A stretch of DNA of 63,374 bases, the filler included, from Octopus bimaculoides (lineage: Eukaryota): the NCBI RefSeq assembly GCF_001194135.2. It is 10 parts of 9 records of this genome, joined end to end, with 100 filler letters (N's around TTAATTAATTAA, not from the genome) between each part and the next. Parts side by side here need not be neighbours in the genome. Positions count along the whole stretch, not along the records: positions 13,335 to 15,497 come from NW_026337820.1; positions 15,598 to 37,751 come from NC_068995.1; 8 more parts are not named here. One strand, 5' to 3'. The translations under genes were made by a program, and so were the position numbers. Position 1 is the stretch's first letter. Each line of letters opens with the position of its first letter. Positions 14,588-28,588 of the stretch are shown here, one piece after another. The notes beneath the pieces were generated by a model, which was not told the origin of the DNA, ran no database searches, and saw nothing but the letters and a program-made list of their open reading frames with translations.

Positions 14588-16414
14588 GGAGAAGGTGACT
14601 GAGACTGAAATGTATTTGTGATTCTGTGGATTAAGTTATGAATATCTGCCAGACTGAATGTAATTCTTCCCCATTAATTGGAATAAAAAAACAATAAAAT
14701 ATCATTTTACCTAGTCATGTTCCACGGGTTAAACATTCACCTTTATTTTCTCATTCCAGATCTTACAATGAAAAGTTCCTATATCTCACTGCACGAAATT
14801 CTATATACAGTTATTGACAGGCACGTATATAATACATTTTTTCCCCTGTATGTTAAGTGAGATTCTATTCTATTATACCAATTACGTACGTTACTGTCTA
14901 TATTTCGCAAAATCAGCAGAATTTTTGTATACATTACTTGACGTTCAGAACATCCGAATTAGAAACTTTAAATTCATGTGATGTCAAGCATTTTGTTTTC
15001 CAGCTGCAAAAAGCATGTTTTCCCGAGATTTGAATACTATGTGAACAAATATGTCTGTAACTGTTACTAAGGTTACCATGTACAGCCATTTCATCTTACT
15101 GCGCAGAATCAGTATTTATAATGTCCTAACCATGCATACAAAATACTCTCATACTCACGCGCGTGCACAGATGCACACACAGACACGTATATACGTATGA
15201 ATGCATACGTACGTTTGTATGTTTGCGTGTATGCATGATCTATAATTTTAATGATCTGATTTCTTCCTGCAAGTTACGCGAATGTCTGTACCGAAGCTAA
15301 AAGACTGTTAAACTTCCATACATGTGTGTATATATATATATACATATATATGTATGTATATATATATTTATGAGTGGATACGTTCGCGCGTGCGTGCGTG
15401 TGCATTTCGTTGTGTATATGTGTATACATATATATATATATATATAGATATATATATATTAATAAATTATAGGGTGGCAAAGAAAATTTTAGAAATTNNN
15501 NNNNNNNNNNNNNNNNNNNNNNNNNNNNNNNNNNNNNNNNNTTAATTAATTAANNNNNNNNNNNNNNNNNNNNNNNNNNNNNNNNNNNNNNNNNNNNTAT
15601 ATATATATATATATATATATATATGCATAGCTTTAGTGTACACATTGATCAACACACACAAAGACACACACACACACACACGTAGATGTGCTATGTGTGT
15701 TTGATTGTGTATTTACCTGTCAGTTTACGTGTGTGTTTGTGTGTATATGTGTGCGTATTCGTGCGCATGCGGGCACGCATGTGTCTGGCTAATTTTGTGC
15801 GTATTGTCAGACTGCAATTTGTTATCATGTCAATAGTTAAAAGTCTTTTTACTATTCCAATAATCAATATAGGCTGTACAAACACCCTGATAATAGATAC
15901 TCATATATTAATACACATACACGTCTCTCTCTTTCCTTTTACTTCACTCTGTCTCTGACACCCACAAACACACACGCACACACATACACACAAAAACCCG
16001 TGGTGTGCGTGTATGCATATACTCATACATACATACATACACAGCCATGATCCACTGACTATATATATATATATATNNNNNNNNNNATATTCAGTTATAT
16101 ATGGAGATAATTTTTAAAAAGTATATAAAAAATTTATATTTTGAAGTCACGTGTTGTTTCCACAAAGACACCAAGTTGCAAAACGAGCGCAGATAAATAA
16201 ATTCATATCCACACAAAACACGACACGTACGCAATCGCAAATGCATGCAAGCAGACAATGAAAGGCAGACATAAAATCTTACGTGCCAACTAACAGAAGC
16301 TTCTACACATCCCGAACAAACATACAATGAATCAACAAACGGGGGACAAAGAATAATAGAACACAAATATCAAAGAATCAATCAACGTGTTTATGTCTGT
16401 GCGTGTATGCTTGT

Positions 16415-16451
<37 letters not shown>

Positions 16452-16689
16452 GTGTGTGTGTATGTGTGTGTGTATTTGTACGTGTGTATGTGCGCGTCTG
16501 TGTGGTTTGATGTATGTGAATTTGTGCGTCTCTTTACATGAGTGTACTTATACGAAATATTGATTCTCCGCAATCGCTGCCAGCTGTTGGATGTCTTTGT
16601 AACCTGAAGTATGCCGCTTGTGTCATTGTCATATAATAATATTCTGATTCTATAAAAATGGAACTTTTCATGAAATGACAAACAACGAA

Positions 16690-16728
<39 letters not shown>

Positions 16729-17099
16729 AATTAAATTAAGATTTAAATCTTTTTGATTTGTTTGGCTGATTTTTGAAAAATCAACCATTCGTGCCCAACA
16801 ACAACTACAACCACAACAACAATAATTTACCGCCCAATCAAATAGAGCTTAATGAGTTTTCTCACCCTTTACTTGTATGACGAATGTCGACTCGAGATTA
16901 CGTCTTGACTTTCCAGAAACTAGGTCTCTCCCTCGCTCCTCTTCTCTCTTTTCTTCCTTCTCTTTCACTCATACTGAGTGACTGGCTGGCTGACTGACTG
17001 ACTCACTGACTCACTGACTCACTCACTCACTCCACTCACTCACTCACTCAATCACTCACTGTCAACTTTGTCCACGTCAATCATGCAGGTCACAAGCTT

Positions 17100-17964
17100 A
17101 AAATCTGTGCAGTAGAACAGCCAATACTATAAAGCGCTTAAGCTATCCTTATCCGCTGAAATAATAAATTGTCTCGATGAACTCTGAATGTCCTGATATG
17201 CTGTCCCACTCACTGACATTCTCTTCTAGTGTCTCTGCTTGGTCTGGATGCCCGTTGCTATTACAGCAGCAGTATCTGTTGTTGCTGTTTTTACCTGCAG
17301 CTGATGTTTGTGTTGCTCATTTCTCTGCGTATGCAGCGGTTGAATTTGTTAGTATAATTGCATGCAGTTTAGTGTTCTTGTTTTGTTCAATACTCTGTTG
17401 GCGTTTCAACCATTTTTGTCTTTGTTTACCGTTATTGACCTTGTTTCCATTTTCACTTGCACTATTGTCTTGTTTTTGCTCTGCATAGTGAATTCGCTCT
17501 CGTCTATACCGGAACTGCTTTCAAATTCACTAGTGTGTACACCAGGATATTTCTGGTGTTGTCAGAGTCAATACCTACATATTCGTCATTGATTTTCACA
17601 GAAAGGCCTTCGAAAATCACTTTTCTCTAACTCATGCCGTAATGACATTAAGGTATTCACCAGAGATATTTTCTGCTTCTGCTTTACATTTGTAGGTACT
17701 GGTTTCATATCCACCTCTAAAACTATTTGATTCTTGTTCTGTAAATAAATATTCGATGAAATATGAGAAAGGAAGTTATGAAAATCCGAAGAAATATCGT
17801 TTGTAAAATGTGTTACTGGGGATGTCCCTGCTTCTTGAAGCATAAAGAGAATTTTTTTGGAAGCCGTGGTGTAAAACCGCTTTCCGCGTTTAACAGTAAT
17901 CAAGTCTTGCGCGGTTATATCCACTTTCTGCGTTCAAAGGAATAATGAGTGTCGAAGGGGTTAA
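17100..17964 (-). mobile_element. Unidentified decayed coding element with a TTAA/CCCCTT (piggyBac-like) end
   Basis: A 112-aa ORF (17924-17586) continues through frameshifts and stops (KVIFEGLSVKINDEYVGIDSDNTRNILVYTL..., WLKRQQSIEQNKNTKL...). The right boundary reads CGAAGGGG|TTAA at 17953-17964. Confidence 0.4.
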
Positions 17965-18149
17965 TAACCAACCACTACACGATACTCAAATATAAAATGT
18001 CTTGACAATATAAATGCTTGTATGCCGATAACAAACGGTAAGGCAAATGAGTGTACCTGTATAAGAGAATCTGAGAGATTTTAATAGTCTTCGTTGAACA
18101 TTTACCATAAAATATTCACGTAGTACCGCTAGAAGAATTTTGAGCCATC

Positions 18150-18750
18150 ATTTCCGTGGCCAGGATTCACTGTCAGTGATATTTTGACAGCAGTGTTTGG
18201 AAGCTAGTAAAACTTTTTGTGAATTTCGTTGTTATGGGTTGTTGATCGATGTACAACTTCGTACTATTGGACTTGTTTCTCCATCACTTTCAGCTCTCGC
18301 GATATCCTCCGTAACACATCCAAGCTCAGGACGTTACAGCGGCCAAGAATCACGTCGGCCTTATTGTTCTGAAGGATACAACCAGATGCTTGGTACAGTT
18401 TCATATGTAGTTCTATCAGCATGAGGAACTATCATCCGGTGATGAACATCATCTTGTTTAGATTGAAACAGCCTCGCAAGTATCCACTTCCCTGACCGAT
18501 TCCTTTCTCAACGATGATTTCACGCGCCTTGGATTTACCCTATGCCTCATTCTCTGCATATGTTAACCATATCAGTGTTACTGTGGAGCTACTGACAAGG
18601 TCGATCTGCATAACCAATTTGTCGTCCATATCATTAAAACAAGCCTCGAGACGGCCAGTTAGACGCCATCACTGGAACAACTTCGCCGGCAACGATGCTA
18701 GGCATTCGGACAGGATAGTGTTTTTGCAATTCATTAGGACAAGTTGTCCT
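18150..18750 (-). mobile_element. Very degenerate LINE RT remnant (RTE-like)
   Basis: The minus strand gives IIVEKGIGQG, PDDS and LYQASGCILQNNKADVI in the order of RT motifs GVRQG, ADD and GLxINxxKT. Similarity is weak. Confidence 0.3.
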
Positions 18751-18761
18751 AGTGTGATGTG

Positions 18762-18829
<68 letters not shown>

Positions 18830-18834
18830 ATACT

Positions 18835-19345
18835 GCTACCGAATCAGATCTTCTACCTTCTATTATTCTAAGAAGTATTGTCTTCCCTCTAGTCATCAAA
18901 TCTAGTATTATTCCTCCATGAAGGCAATCTTGAAGTTTTCCCTCAGCCTCCCATCTAATCTACCAAATTTATTTCGGTAATACCCTTGAACTAAATCTGG
19001 TCCAGGACCCTTCCAATTCGGCATTTTCCTTAACATTTTACTCATTAACGTACTAATTAATCTTAGATCTGGCTGCTTCTCACTCACCACTTCTTCACCC
19101 CTTTCTTTAACTATGCTGTATCTCCATTAGGTTTCTCATCTTCAGTACTTCGTTCTCCACCATTTTATTTGGTTATAAAATCTCCTCTGGTCTACCTCAA
19201 ATAATCTTTTCTGTTGATACTGATCTATTCTTTTCTGATATCTGGAGAGCTTGCCTGCTACTGATATGATATGCTGTTTCAACTCTTCTATTACGGTCCC
19301 AAATCCTATCTCTTTGACTAAATATCTGTTCTCGATGGAAGATTT
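18835..19345 (-). mobile_element. R4/Dong-clade RLE-LINE fragment C (pre-RT region and RT start)
   Basis: Peptides IEELKQHIISVAGKLSRYQKRIDQYQQKRLFEVDQRRFY, KMPNWKGPGPDLVQGY and MTRGKTILL; it ends abruptly at a (GTA)n tract. Confidence 0.85.
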
Positions 19346-19980
19346 ACATCTTGTGTTTCCAACGTAGCACTTTCGCTACCTGGTCGTATCGCCACATGTA
19401 GTGGTTTTGGGCAAGTCTAGGACATTCGTTCGTGATATGGGAAATAGTTTTATGCACCCTATTGCAAATGCGGCACAGCTGAGACCGTTGCTCATTCCTC
19501 GGGTTGACCCTCCAGTTCGTGGCAAGAGCTTGGTCCTGCGCTGCCAGTATTAGTGCTCTCGGTCTCTTTTTTTAGGGTTCTTTTCATCAGCCAATCCCAC
19601 TTATTTTTTTCCAGCAACTTCTGTTGTGACTACATAGAATTGACTGTGTAGTCCCTTGTTGGGTAATTCTTCTTCATGTCCTTTTTGTCCTTCTTCCTTT
19701 GTTTTCCCATTTTACTTGTTTTCCCATTTTCCCTCAATACTGTCTCGTTCCTAACTGTCACTAACAAGGTTTCCTTACTTCAGGTCAGGTATCTCATTAA
19801 GCTCTTGAATTCAATACGCACGCAGTCTTTCACACACACCAGTCCCCCTCCTTCATTTGCTCTCTTCATGTATAGGCGATCAGTGTCTGCACGTGGATAA
19901 TGGGCTCATTCATCTTTAGGAGCTTTCTTGACTACCTGTCCATCTCCTCTAGCTCTTCCTTTGTCCACTTCAAGGTTCCA
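19346..19980 (-). mobile_element. R4/Dong-clade RLE-LINE fragment B (post-RT region to CCHC finger)
   Basis: Frameshifted peptides WTKEELEEMDR, RADTDRLYMKR, KETES-LILAAQDQALAT and CRICNRVHKTISHITNECPRLAQ. Confidence 0.85.
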
Positions 19981-21243
19981 ATTATTATCGTTCTTGTTAG
20001 TTTTTCTTTCAATTTTGTTTCTATTTCTTGTCAAGAGTCTTCCGAATACCTAGGTCTAAGAAACTCACTGTATGCATTGATAAGCCATGAAAATAAACTC
20101 ACCATATTGTTCATTTACAAAAAAGTTACGTGGGTTGTAATTGCTCTCACAGCATCAATGCTTTTTTCATTGCGTATGACGTGCCAGTTAAAACAATATT
20201 TTGCACTTCTTTCATGGATGTTTAGCCAGGGATAATTCTCAAATAATTTTCAGTTTCTATTTTGACCATTCCAAGTACTCCTACACTCATTGGTGTTGAA
20301 ACCGCTTGCGATGCCACAATGTTTCAATTTCAATGAACAAATCTCTATATTTTCCGAGCTTGTCAAATTCTTTTGCCGAAATATGATCACAAGATATTCT
20401 AATCTCAATTAATAAACATACTTTATTGACTTTATTATTTTGGTCTTTTACAACAATATCTGCTTTATTAGCTTTGATGATTCCGTATGTATGTACTGGA
20501 AAGTCCCAGAGAATCGTTACCTTTTGTTCCTTTGTTGTAGCCCCAGGGTGGTGCTTATATCTTATACCATTTGTCAGCAGTTTTGATTTTTTAATACCGA
20601 CATATTAACCAGTGCAGATATTGTCTAACTCTGTTATGTCTTGTTTTATACCCAACAGCTGCTAAAACTTTACATCCAGAGATTAGGTGGTCCACTGTTT
20701 CAATTAATCATTGCAAAATCGCCACCTTGGTTCTACTCCATTTTTCATCACACTGGCTTCGTAGTTCTGAGTGAATAAGCTTTGACTTTGAGCAACTAAT
20801 ATGTAGCTTCCGTTCTCTGGCTTTATCTCCGAGCTCTGTAGCCACTGATATGTGTCCTTCTGGTCAATATCAGCTAGTTTCCTACGGGCACATATTTACC
20901 ATAAAGAAGTTTTTGCTTGCACCTATCAGCCAATTGTTCACGCTCTTTTTCTTTGCAAGTGATTTCACTTTCTTTGCAACAGTTGCCACACACTTCCATC
21001 ATGCTGTTCAGTCTGGACATTATGCACAAACTCAATGGCAATTTTTTCCCTTTCCTTTATAACAGGATGAAGCTTCTTACGCCTCTTGTTATTTTCAACG
21101 AGTTTTAGCATCCAATCGTTAGATGTTTCAAGATATTTCGCCAGTCCATTTGTGGTGGGTTTCTAAGAGATTTCAAATTGGATCAAGATTCGACCTCCTA
21201 GGGCCCTGGGAAGGTGAATACGATCTACGTCTACCTTACAGTG
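19981..21243 (-). mobile_element. R4/Dong-clade RLE-LINE fragment A (post-RT, CCHC, RLE nuclease, stop, 3' UTR)
   Basis: Peptides DVDRIHLPRALGGR, QWLQSSEIKPENGSYILVAQSQSL, ETVDHLISGCKVLA...RHNRV, TILWDFPVHT...KADIVVKD and KYRDL; stop at 20147-20149; the UTR ends at GATAATAAT. Confidence 0.9.
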
Positions 21244-21893
21244 GTATATCTTATTGCAACTTACGAATTTTCCTGTCAATTTTCTTTGTTTCATTTATAT
21301 TGCAGTTCAACACGTTGAATGTCGCAGTATTTGAATGCAGAATATGAAGTGCCAAAAATATAATGCTGCACTGCATCTTCTTCGGAATGTGAGTGAATGA
21401 TTCCGGGTTTACGGAACATATAGCTCAACCTACAATTTGAAATCCACTCCACATCATCAAAACCAAAACTGAAATGAACGAGTAAATAAAGACGCCAAGA
21501 ACACTTATGATAGTAAATAGTTTATACATTACTAGAGATTATTATGCAAAAGAATATGGCTGAAAATGTATATATTTGCGTAAATAAGACCAACATATGC
21601 TGCAAATAAAAGCAGAACAGAATGAAGATTCCAATACAAACAATAAAATACAAAACGATCTCAGTAAATCCACCTGAAACACATTATGCTACCCACGTCG
21701 TTATGACTATCAGAAGAGAAAGTTTAAAAAATACACATGAATGTTAAGAACAAATAAAATTAGAAACTCGCAACAGACAAGAGGGAAACAAACTTTTGAA
21801 TACAATCAGAAAAATAAAAACTAAACCCAAAAAAGGAACTAAAAGTCACTCTCTCTGTATCTCTCTCTCTCTCTCTTTCTCTCCCTCTCTCTC

Positions 21894-21929
<36 letters not shown>

Positions 21930-22769
21930 CCCCTCTCTCTCTAATTTATATCAAGCCAATCAGAAAACCGTAAAAAGTTGTCGGGCTATCCAGGGTATTG
22001 ATAAATTAATAGAATAAGTTCAATGCGAGCTGGAAACATAATTTAACTCGTGGTTCAGAAGACGCGTCTCATTATAAAGACACAACATAGGAAATAAACA
22101 ATATTTTATAAAAACCAAGGGCATTCACTAAAAAACTAACATTGAACATGATTTAGGAGCCCGTTAAAAATTACCATAGAAACAATGAAATTAATACAAA
22201 GCTACCACAAACATACACTATCGAACCCACATTTAAAAGAAAACAGAAAATAAATGCAACATGCAATATCTCAAACACAGTTAACAGTAGGGAGGGTCAA
22301 ACAGAAACAATAAAGAAAATAGAAGAGAAAGGGGATAAGATTAATGAACGTTGATCAATATAATCATCCATGCAAGCTTCAAACAACCAAGCAGCTTTAC
22401 AAATAAATAAATATGATAAGGCCTTTCAAAACGTTTTGTTTCGAATACCAACAAATCGAATTTCTGTTGACATTAACAGCAGCCGTACTAACAATGGAAT
22501 CCGACTTCGATCCGAACTGAATCAAATCTTCAACAAAATTCCACTCCACAAAATAGAAAACATAATACATTATACTAACTTACAGCCTTCCTGTCATTTT
22601 TGAGGGGATTGTAAGGATAGGATTTCTGGATGCGTTCTTTAAATTCTGTTTTAAAAGTTCTTCGACAAGGAGACAAATAAGAAAATATGTAATATAAATA
22701 TATGTATATATATATATATATATAAGATGAAGTATAGGACATTCCGAGAAAAGAGATTATCAAAAAGTC

Positions 22770-23400
22770 TCATCAGTAAAATTGTTTAAAGGAAGACACT
22801 AAGTTCATGAAGGCTGCTTCAGAACAAAAATATTTGAATGGAATACTAACAGACATCACTGAGCGTTTAATAAAATCAAAACGAGGAAAATTTATCCTTG
22901 GAGAAGACACCAACATCAATAGAAATGATAACATATTGGGGAAGATATGAAACAAAAATTAGCACAACTTGTAAATAATGCAGAAGAAAATGAAAGCGAA
23001 ATATAATATTGTCACAACGGTAATAATATTGTCATAACAACCGACAAGCGACACATCAAAACATTAAAAATAGAAAGCAACTGGAACGTTCCTGGCGTTG
23101 ACAAGGCACACGATTATTGTTTGAAGGTCCTAACTAGTGCGTATGAGTATATGATGTCAGCTTGCACTATGCTGTCAAACACACCTCAATTCATACTTGA
23201 TGGAAATAAACTCATTAATTTCTTAAAATATACCTGTGGAACCTTAAATATGAAGCTTTAACTTGCTTACCAAGTCCTGACATCAATATTCATCACGAGG
23301 AAACTGGTTATTTAGCTGGAGAGTAATTGATTTGCCAGAGAAGCTGAAGAGATGCTTGAAAATGGGATAAGAATGTAGAGAGCAACTTCAGGTGAAACAA
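22770..23400 (+). mobile_element. Highly decayed R4/Dong-like RT start (may extend upstream to about 22000)
   Basis: SNWNVPGVDKAHDYCLKVLTS followed by YEALTCLP resembles NWKAPGxDxxHNYWLK...YRPITCLP. Confidence 0.55.
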
Positions 23401-24488
23401 GTTTTTCTGAAAAATACCTAAAACAAAATCTTAATGCCTTGAATTAAGTACTAAAAAATGATCAGTAATAGTACACCTCTATCTTGAGTACATGAAAAAT
23501 TCCACATAAATACAGAAACCCTATACTATAAAATACAGCAATACTACCTCGTCGAAATAGAAAGCCAGCATTGTAGTTAGGCAAGGTAGTAGAGTTGTTG
23601 AGACATTAGGTAGACTGACTTAAAGTAATTGTTCCATGTCTAAGTGCAATATGTCTCTCGGACGTCTACGTTCTGAAAGCGTCGTTTGCAATGACGTTCT
23701 TCTCAAGAGGTATAAGCCCTAAATAGATGTTGTTTCTCTACGAGAATAATCATGTTGTAGATAGAGGAGTTTCATAAACAGCTACCCGCATGTGTTCCAC
23801 AAAAAGGCCTTGAAAAATCCTGTTCAAGCAAATAAATTTATAATGGCGAGAAAACCAACGACAAATACAACCAGTCTCATGTCCATAAAAACAGAATCTT
23901 GAAAAAAAAGAAAAATTTTCTCTACATAATATACCTACGTCCGACTCCAATATTAAATCTGTTCATTAAAACCTCAGATAGTTACTGTTGATGCCAATAA
24001 ACATTCTTAAGCACATGCCTAATGCTATTATGATTTATTAAAATATGTTGGCTTTCTTACCATTCAGTATGTAGTAATTTTATTTGATAAAAAATATAAT
24101 TTAATTTTTTTTTCCTGATAACGATTAGTTTTTTGTATTGCTTATTTAGTGTTTTGGACATTATATTAAATAGCTCGCAATAAATTTATATAAATCTTTA
24201 ATTTATAGTTTCATATTTTTTCTAGATTTGAATGTATACAGCAAAATACTGATTATATGATGGACAAGATAAAAACAAATCCTGTATAATTAGAACTAAA
24301 TAATAATTTAAAATAAACTCTAATATTTCAATGTCTTTATGTTTTGAAATGTTTGCAATAAATAACATGGTTTTACTTTTTTTGCAACAAATTTCGAGCT
24401 AATCTCTTTAATCGGTTCTCTACACAATATGAGGCAATAAATTTCGCGATATTCAATATTTGCTACGCACAACTATGACGTTTTCTTT

Positions 24489-24549
<61 letters not shown>

Positions 24550-25369
24550 TCACACACACACACACACACGCACGCACGCACGCACACCCGTACGCACACA
24601 CACATACACACACATATGTAGGTATATATGAAAAGTATATGCATACATGTGTCTGTGTTTCGCTGTGAATGTTATGTGGGATATCTTTTTAAAATACGAC
24701 GTTCAGTGTACAATATAATATAACGGTATCATTTTGCTTAATGTTTGCAGACGTGTCTTCCCGTTATTCAGGCCAAACATAATTATACACATTATTTTCG
24801 TTAACTTATCTGGTGGCACTTGGATTATAAGACTTCATTTTGTATAGAACCTATTTTCTATATTTCACTTTAGCCAATCATCTACAATCATCTATTCTAT
24901 GTAAATGACAAATGTCTGTTGTAACAAAAACTTTTCTTATTTTCGATTCTTACGGGAATTAAAATCTACAAAATTTTGTACCTTATTTGAATCAGTAACA
25001 ATTGTTATGCTATAAGGTTCAATATCCATCTCTGGGGATATTAAAGATTGGTTACTTAAAAATTCAAAATGTATTCATGTGAGTTGCTTCAAGGCATGAC
25101 GCATGAGAAAAAGAAATCCGTGGCAATACATGAAAGGCGATGGAGGCATGCTTATGAACTTGGAAGCTTCTAACCAGAAATCCACGCATTTGTGATTTGA
25201 GCGTGATGGCCTGAGTTCGCAGAATAAATGTAGCTGCCGGGGATCCTACCCGAGGGTCCAAGCAGCCCTATTTAGTTATTGCGATCCCTGACTCAATTCG
25301 ACATCTGCCGATAAAAACAAAAGCAACCCATCTATCTAAACTGACTGAAATCCATTTTCAGTTCTCAAC

Positions 25370-27950
25370 TGCCATGTTCTCAATTTCCGTGGTCGAAACA
25401 AAATAAGAAACAAATCAAATTGATTTTGGTTCCCGGAATAGCTGGACGATGCTGGATATAACCAACGCTAGAAATCTCGAAACAAAGAACTGACATTGTT
25501 GATTGGAAAATAATATGCTACAATAGAAATATATCAACACTGTCAGAAACAGGATTTAGTGAATATAGGGAACGACGGGAAGAAAAGTACCTCTCTTCCT
25601 GAACAAAAAAATGCTGTACGAAGTGAGGTTGGAGTTGCTTAGGTAGCACGAACATTCTTACCAACAGACTGGTGCGCTTTCTACTGCTGTATCTGGGAGG
25701 CTAATTGATGTGAGATCAGCACTAGTTGGAAATCGAAATGCTAATACTTTTAGTACTTATGATTCTACAATGACAAGCGAGAAGGATAAAAAGGAGAATT
25801 TATTTGATTCACTAAGTGGATACCTTTATAATGATTACTGATGAGCTGCTTTCTCTCAGCGATTTTAATGCAAGTGTGAGAAAAGATTAACTGACAGATG
25901 ACCGCATTTAGGTCATTCTGGTGGATGTAATCTCAGTTCCATTTCTCATATTCTACTGAGTTATGTATCGAAGCTGATCTCACATTGACAACCCCTTCCG
26001 GCTTCCTGAATAGTAGTTTAACATCCGATGTAATCTACAGTGGAAGCATCATCGATATTCGTTGAACTACGAAATATCTGCAGGTGACAACATTGTAAAT
26101 ATAATTGCACACGTTCTATGATTACAGCACTGACCTTGTATTGATAAATACGATATGCAATTTGTCTGTGAATCTGATGCACAAGCTTGTGGGAGGGGTC
26201 AAAATAAAAACTAAAGAAAAGCAACAAAACAAAACAAAAAGAAACCCAGCTAAATGTTAGCAACGTGTACTTGCAGTGAAGATGACAAAAAAATGACTAT
26301 TTTGTTTTTACCCGGCTGGTGGACAGAGCAGCTGCGGCTTCAAATCGCTTCTCCATACGCAAGCGTATTGATTGCTTTGTTGAAAATAATGTAAATATAG
26401 AACAGGTGTCTTCTAAAAGTCAAAAGTACAATCAAGCTGTTCTCATTAAACAAGGCATGGCATGCTACCAGCCGACCCCCAAGCGTGAACACATTTCTAC
26501 AAAAGGAATCGCGGTTGTTTAATACAGAAAGGATTTTACAAGAGAAGGCAGATACAATATACGCCTTTGCTGATTCTCATAATGTGGAGGTATTTTATAT
26601 CAACCTGAGAGAAGTGTATGGACACTAGCTAGGTGACAGCGCACCAATGAGGAATATGGATGATTTATAACTGTACAATGTAGGAGCAATATAATGAAGC
26701 GTTAGAGTGAACAATTTACTGTGCCAGCAAGCTAGTCTTCAACAACTTCTCGAAAGGTTCTTGAATGTATAAAGCAATTTCCAAAATATATCCGTTTGGA
26801 TCCACCAACCAATTTGGTAATTGTTATCTGGGAGGCAAAACCAGTGAAAGTTCTCGGTTGGTTGTATTTCTATATAAATATACGGGCAACAACTGCATTG
26901 TAAACATTTTTAATTCTTCGAAGAATGTTAGCAATGTAGTTAACCCCTCAACAGATCAGGGAGATGCAGATATTTACCTTTTACAAACAGAAAAGTGACC
27001 GCAAGGACAATGGGTCTTACCGAGGAATTGTCCTTCAGTTGCGTGGAAAACTTTAGCGAAAACACTCCTCTAGCGATCGCAAGTTATTACTCAAGTGATT
27101 TTTTCTTATGTGTATTGTGTATGTCTTGGAGTATTAACGATATTATATTCACCTTGCACTAAATTCAAGGTAATTTTATGAAAATATGTGACCCGCATTT
27201 CTTCTATAAAAAGGCATTCGGCAGTGTGCGAAAAGATGGATCTGGGACCCTGCTAAAAATATAAATATTTTGACAAGTTTCTGCATACACTGAAACAGAT
27301 CCGCGATGATATATGTGTCACCATCTCTCTTGAAAACAACAACTCAAATCTGGCTATCAAGTTTCAAATCTGGTTTTCCTTAGAATAAAGCAGATTGTGT
27401 ACCCGCTCAAATGCTAATTCCAATGTTTTATAGGCTTGAAAGGATAGCGATCGAGCTCACAGGTGGTTGGTAGAATACTGAAGCTATCTAAAGTCAGGTT
27501 ACCTCAGAAGTGTGATGATATGTGTATTTGTTACATTCTCTTTGCTTATGACTCAGCTCTCATGTTTCATTCCTTGGAAGAGATATAGAAAGTTTCGTTT
27601 AAGTTTGTACTGGCCCTTTTGTATTATAATATCTTGAAAGAGCAAAACATTGTTGACAAGGTTTCTTCATAATATTTGAATAATCCTTTTTCTAGACTGC
27701 CAAGAAGAATATTGGTTTTAGTATCACCTTTATTACTACCAGAAACACACATGTCAACTTCTTTATAATAAAATATTGTGCAACAAGGCACTTTTTACAA
27801 TATGGATCTCCAACTTTGTCAAAGAATTCCAGATATTACAAGATGTGGGCCGTTACCTTCCATGCAACTGAATACGGCTTTAATTCTTATCAATTATTAT
27901 ATAATAGTGGAATAGGAATGCCTCTCTCTAAACTAAGTAATGCGTGCTTC
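25370..27950 (+). mobile_element. Near full-length decayed RTE (BovB-like) LINE: APE endonuclease plus RT
   Basis: Collinear remnants TLSETG, STYDSTMTSEKDKKE, LSDFNASV, ADSHNVEVFYINLREVYG, YKQKSDRK...YRGI, KKAFGSVRKDG, LFAYDSAL (ADD box) and LQYGSPT; many stops and frameshifts. Putative 5' UTR from about 25050. Confidence 0.85.
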
Positions 27951-28588
27951 ATGTGTGTATTGACCAACTTTCAATTGGGTATTTACTAATAACGAAAACA
28001 AAACAGATTTCTCTATTCAAGTACCTGATACAACTTTGAAAGAAAGTATGTTAAGTAGTGATATTAACGATTATGTCTAAATAGATCGAAATATTTATCC
28101 TCTATTACTATTTTTTCTACTTATTGTATTATTTTATCCATTCTACTAAGCTTATCTTCTTCAGAATTCGGAAAATCTTTAACAAAAGAAAATATATGTC
28201 CTATAATTTGATAGACGAATGCCTTCCTTTTTCATTTTTTCCATAATTCACGTGTTCAACCACTCGAACAAAATTATCATAGATTGTGGAAAAATCATTT
28301 CAAATCTGAAATCGTAAATATTTTAATTCAGATTTAGAACTATGACGTCTAAGTGGCATGCGAAATCAAATATCTAGACAATCATTTGTATGTATAGTTA
28401 CAGAATAATGTATACTTAACTCCAAATTTTTCTCGTCTGAACAAAATTGTCACGGAAATCTACAAACAGTCGAAAGCTTTCTTTATTCCAGTAATTCACC
28501 TATATTTTATTACGAGAGTGAAACATTCTCGTAAATATTCCAAAAGAGAACTGATCAAGAAAGAAAACCATTCTAAGTCTACTTAAAT

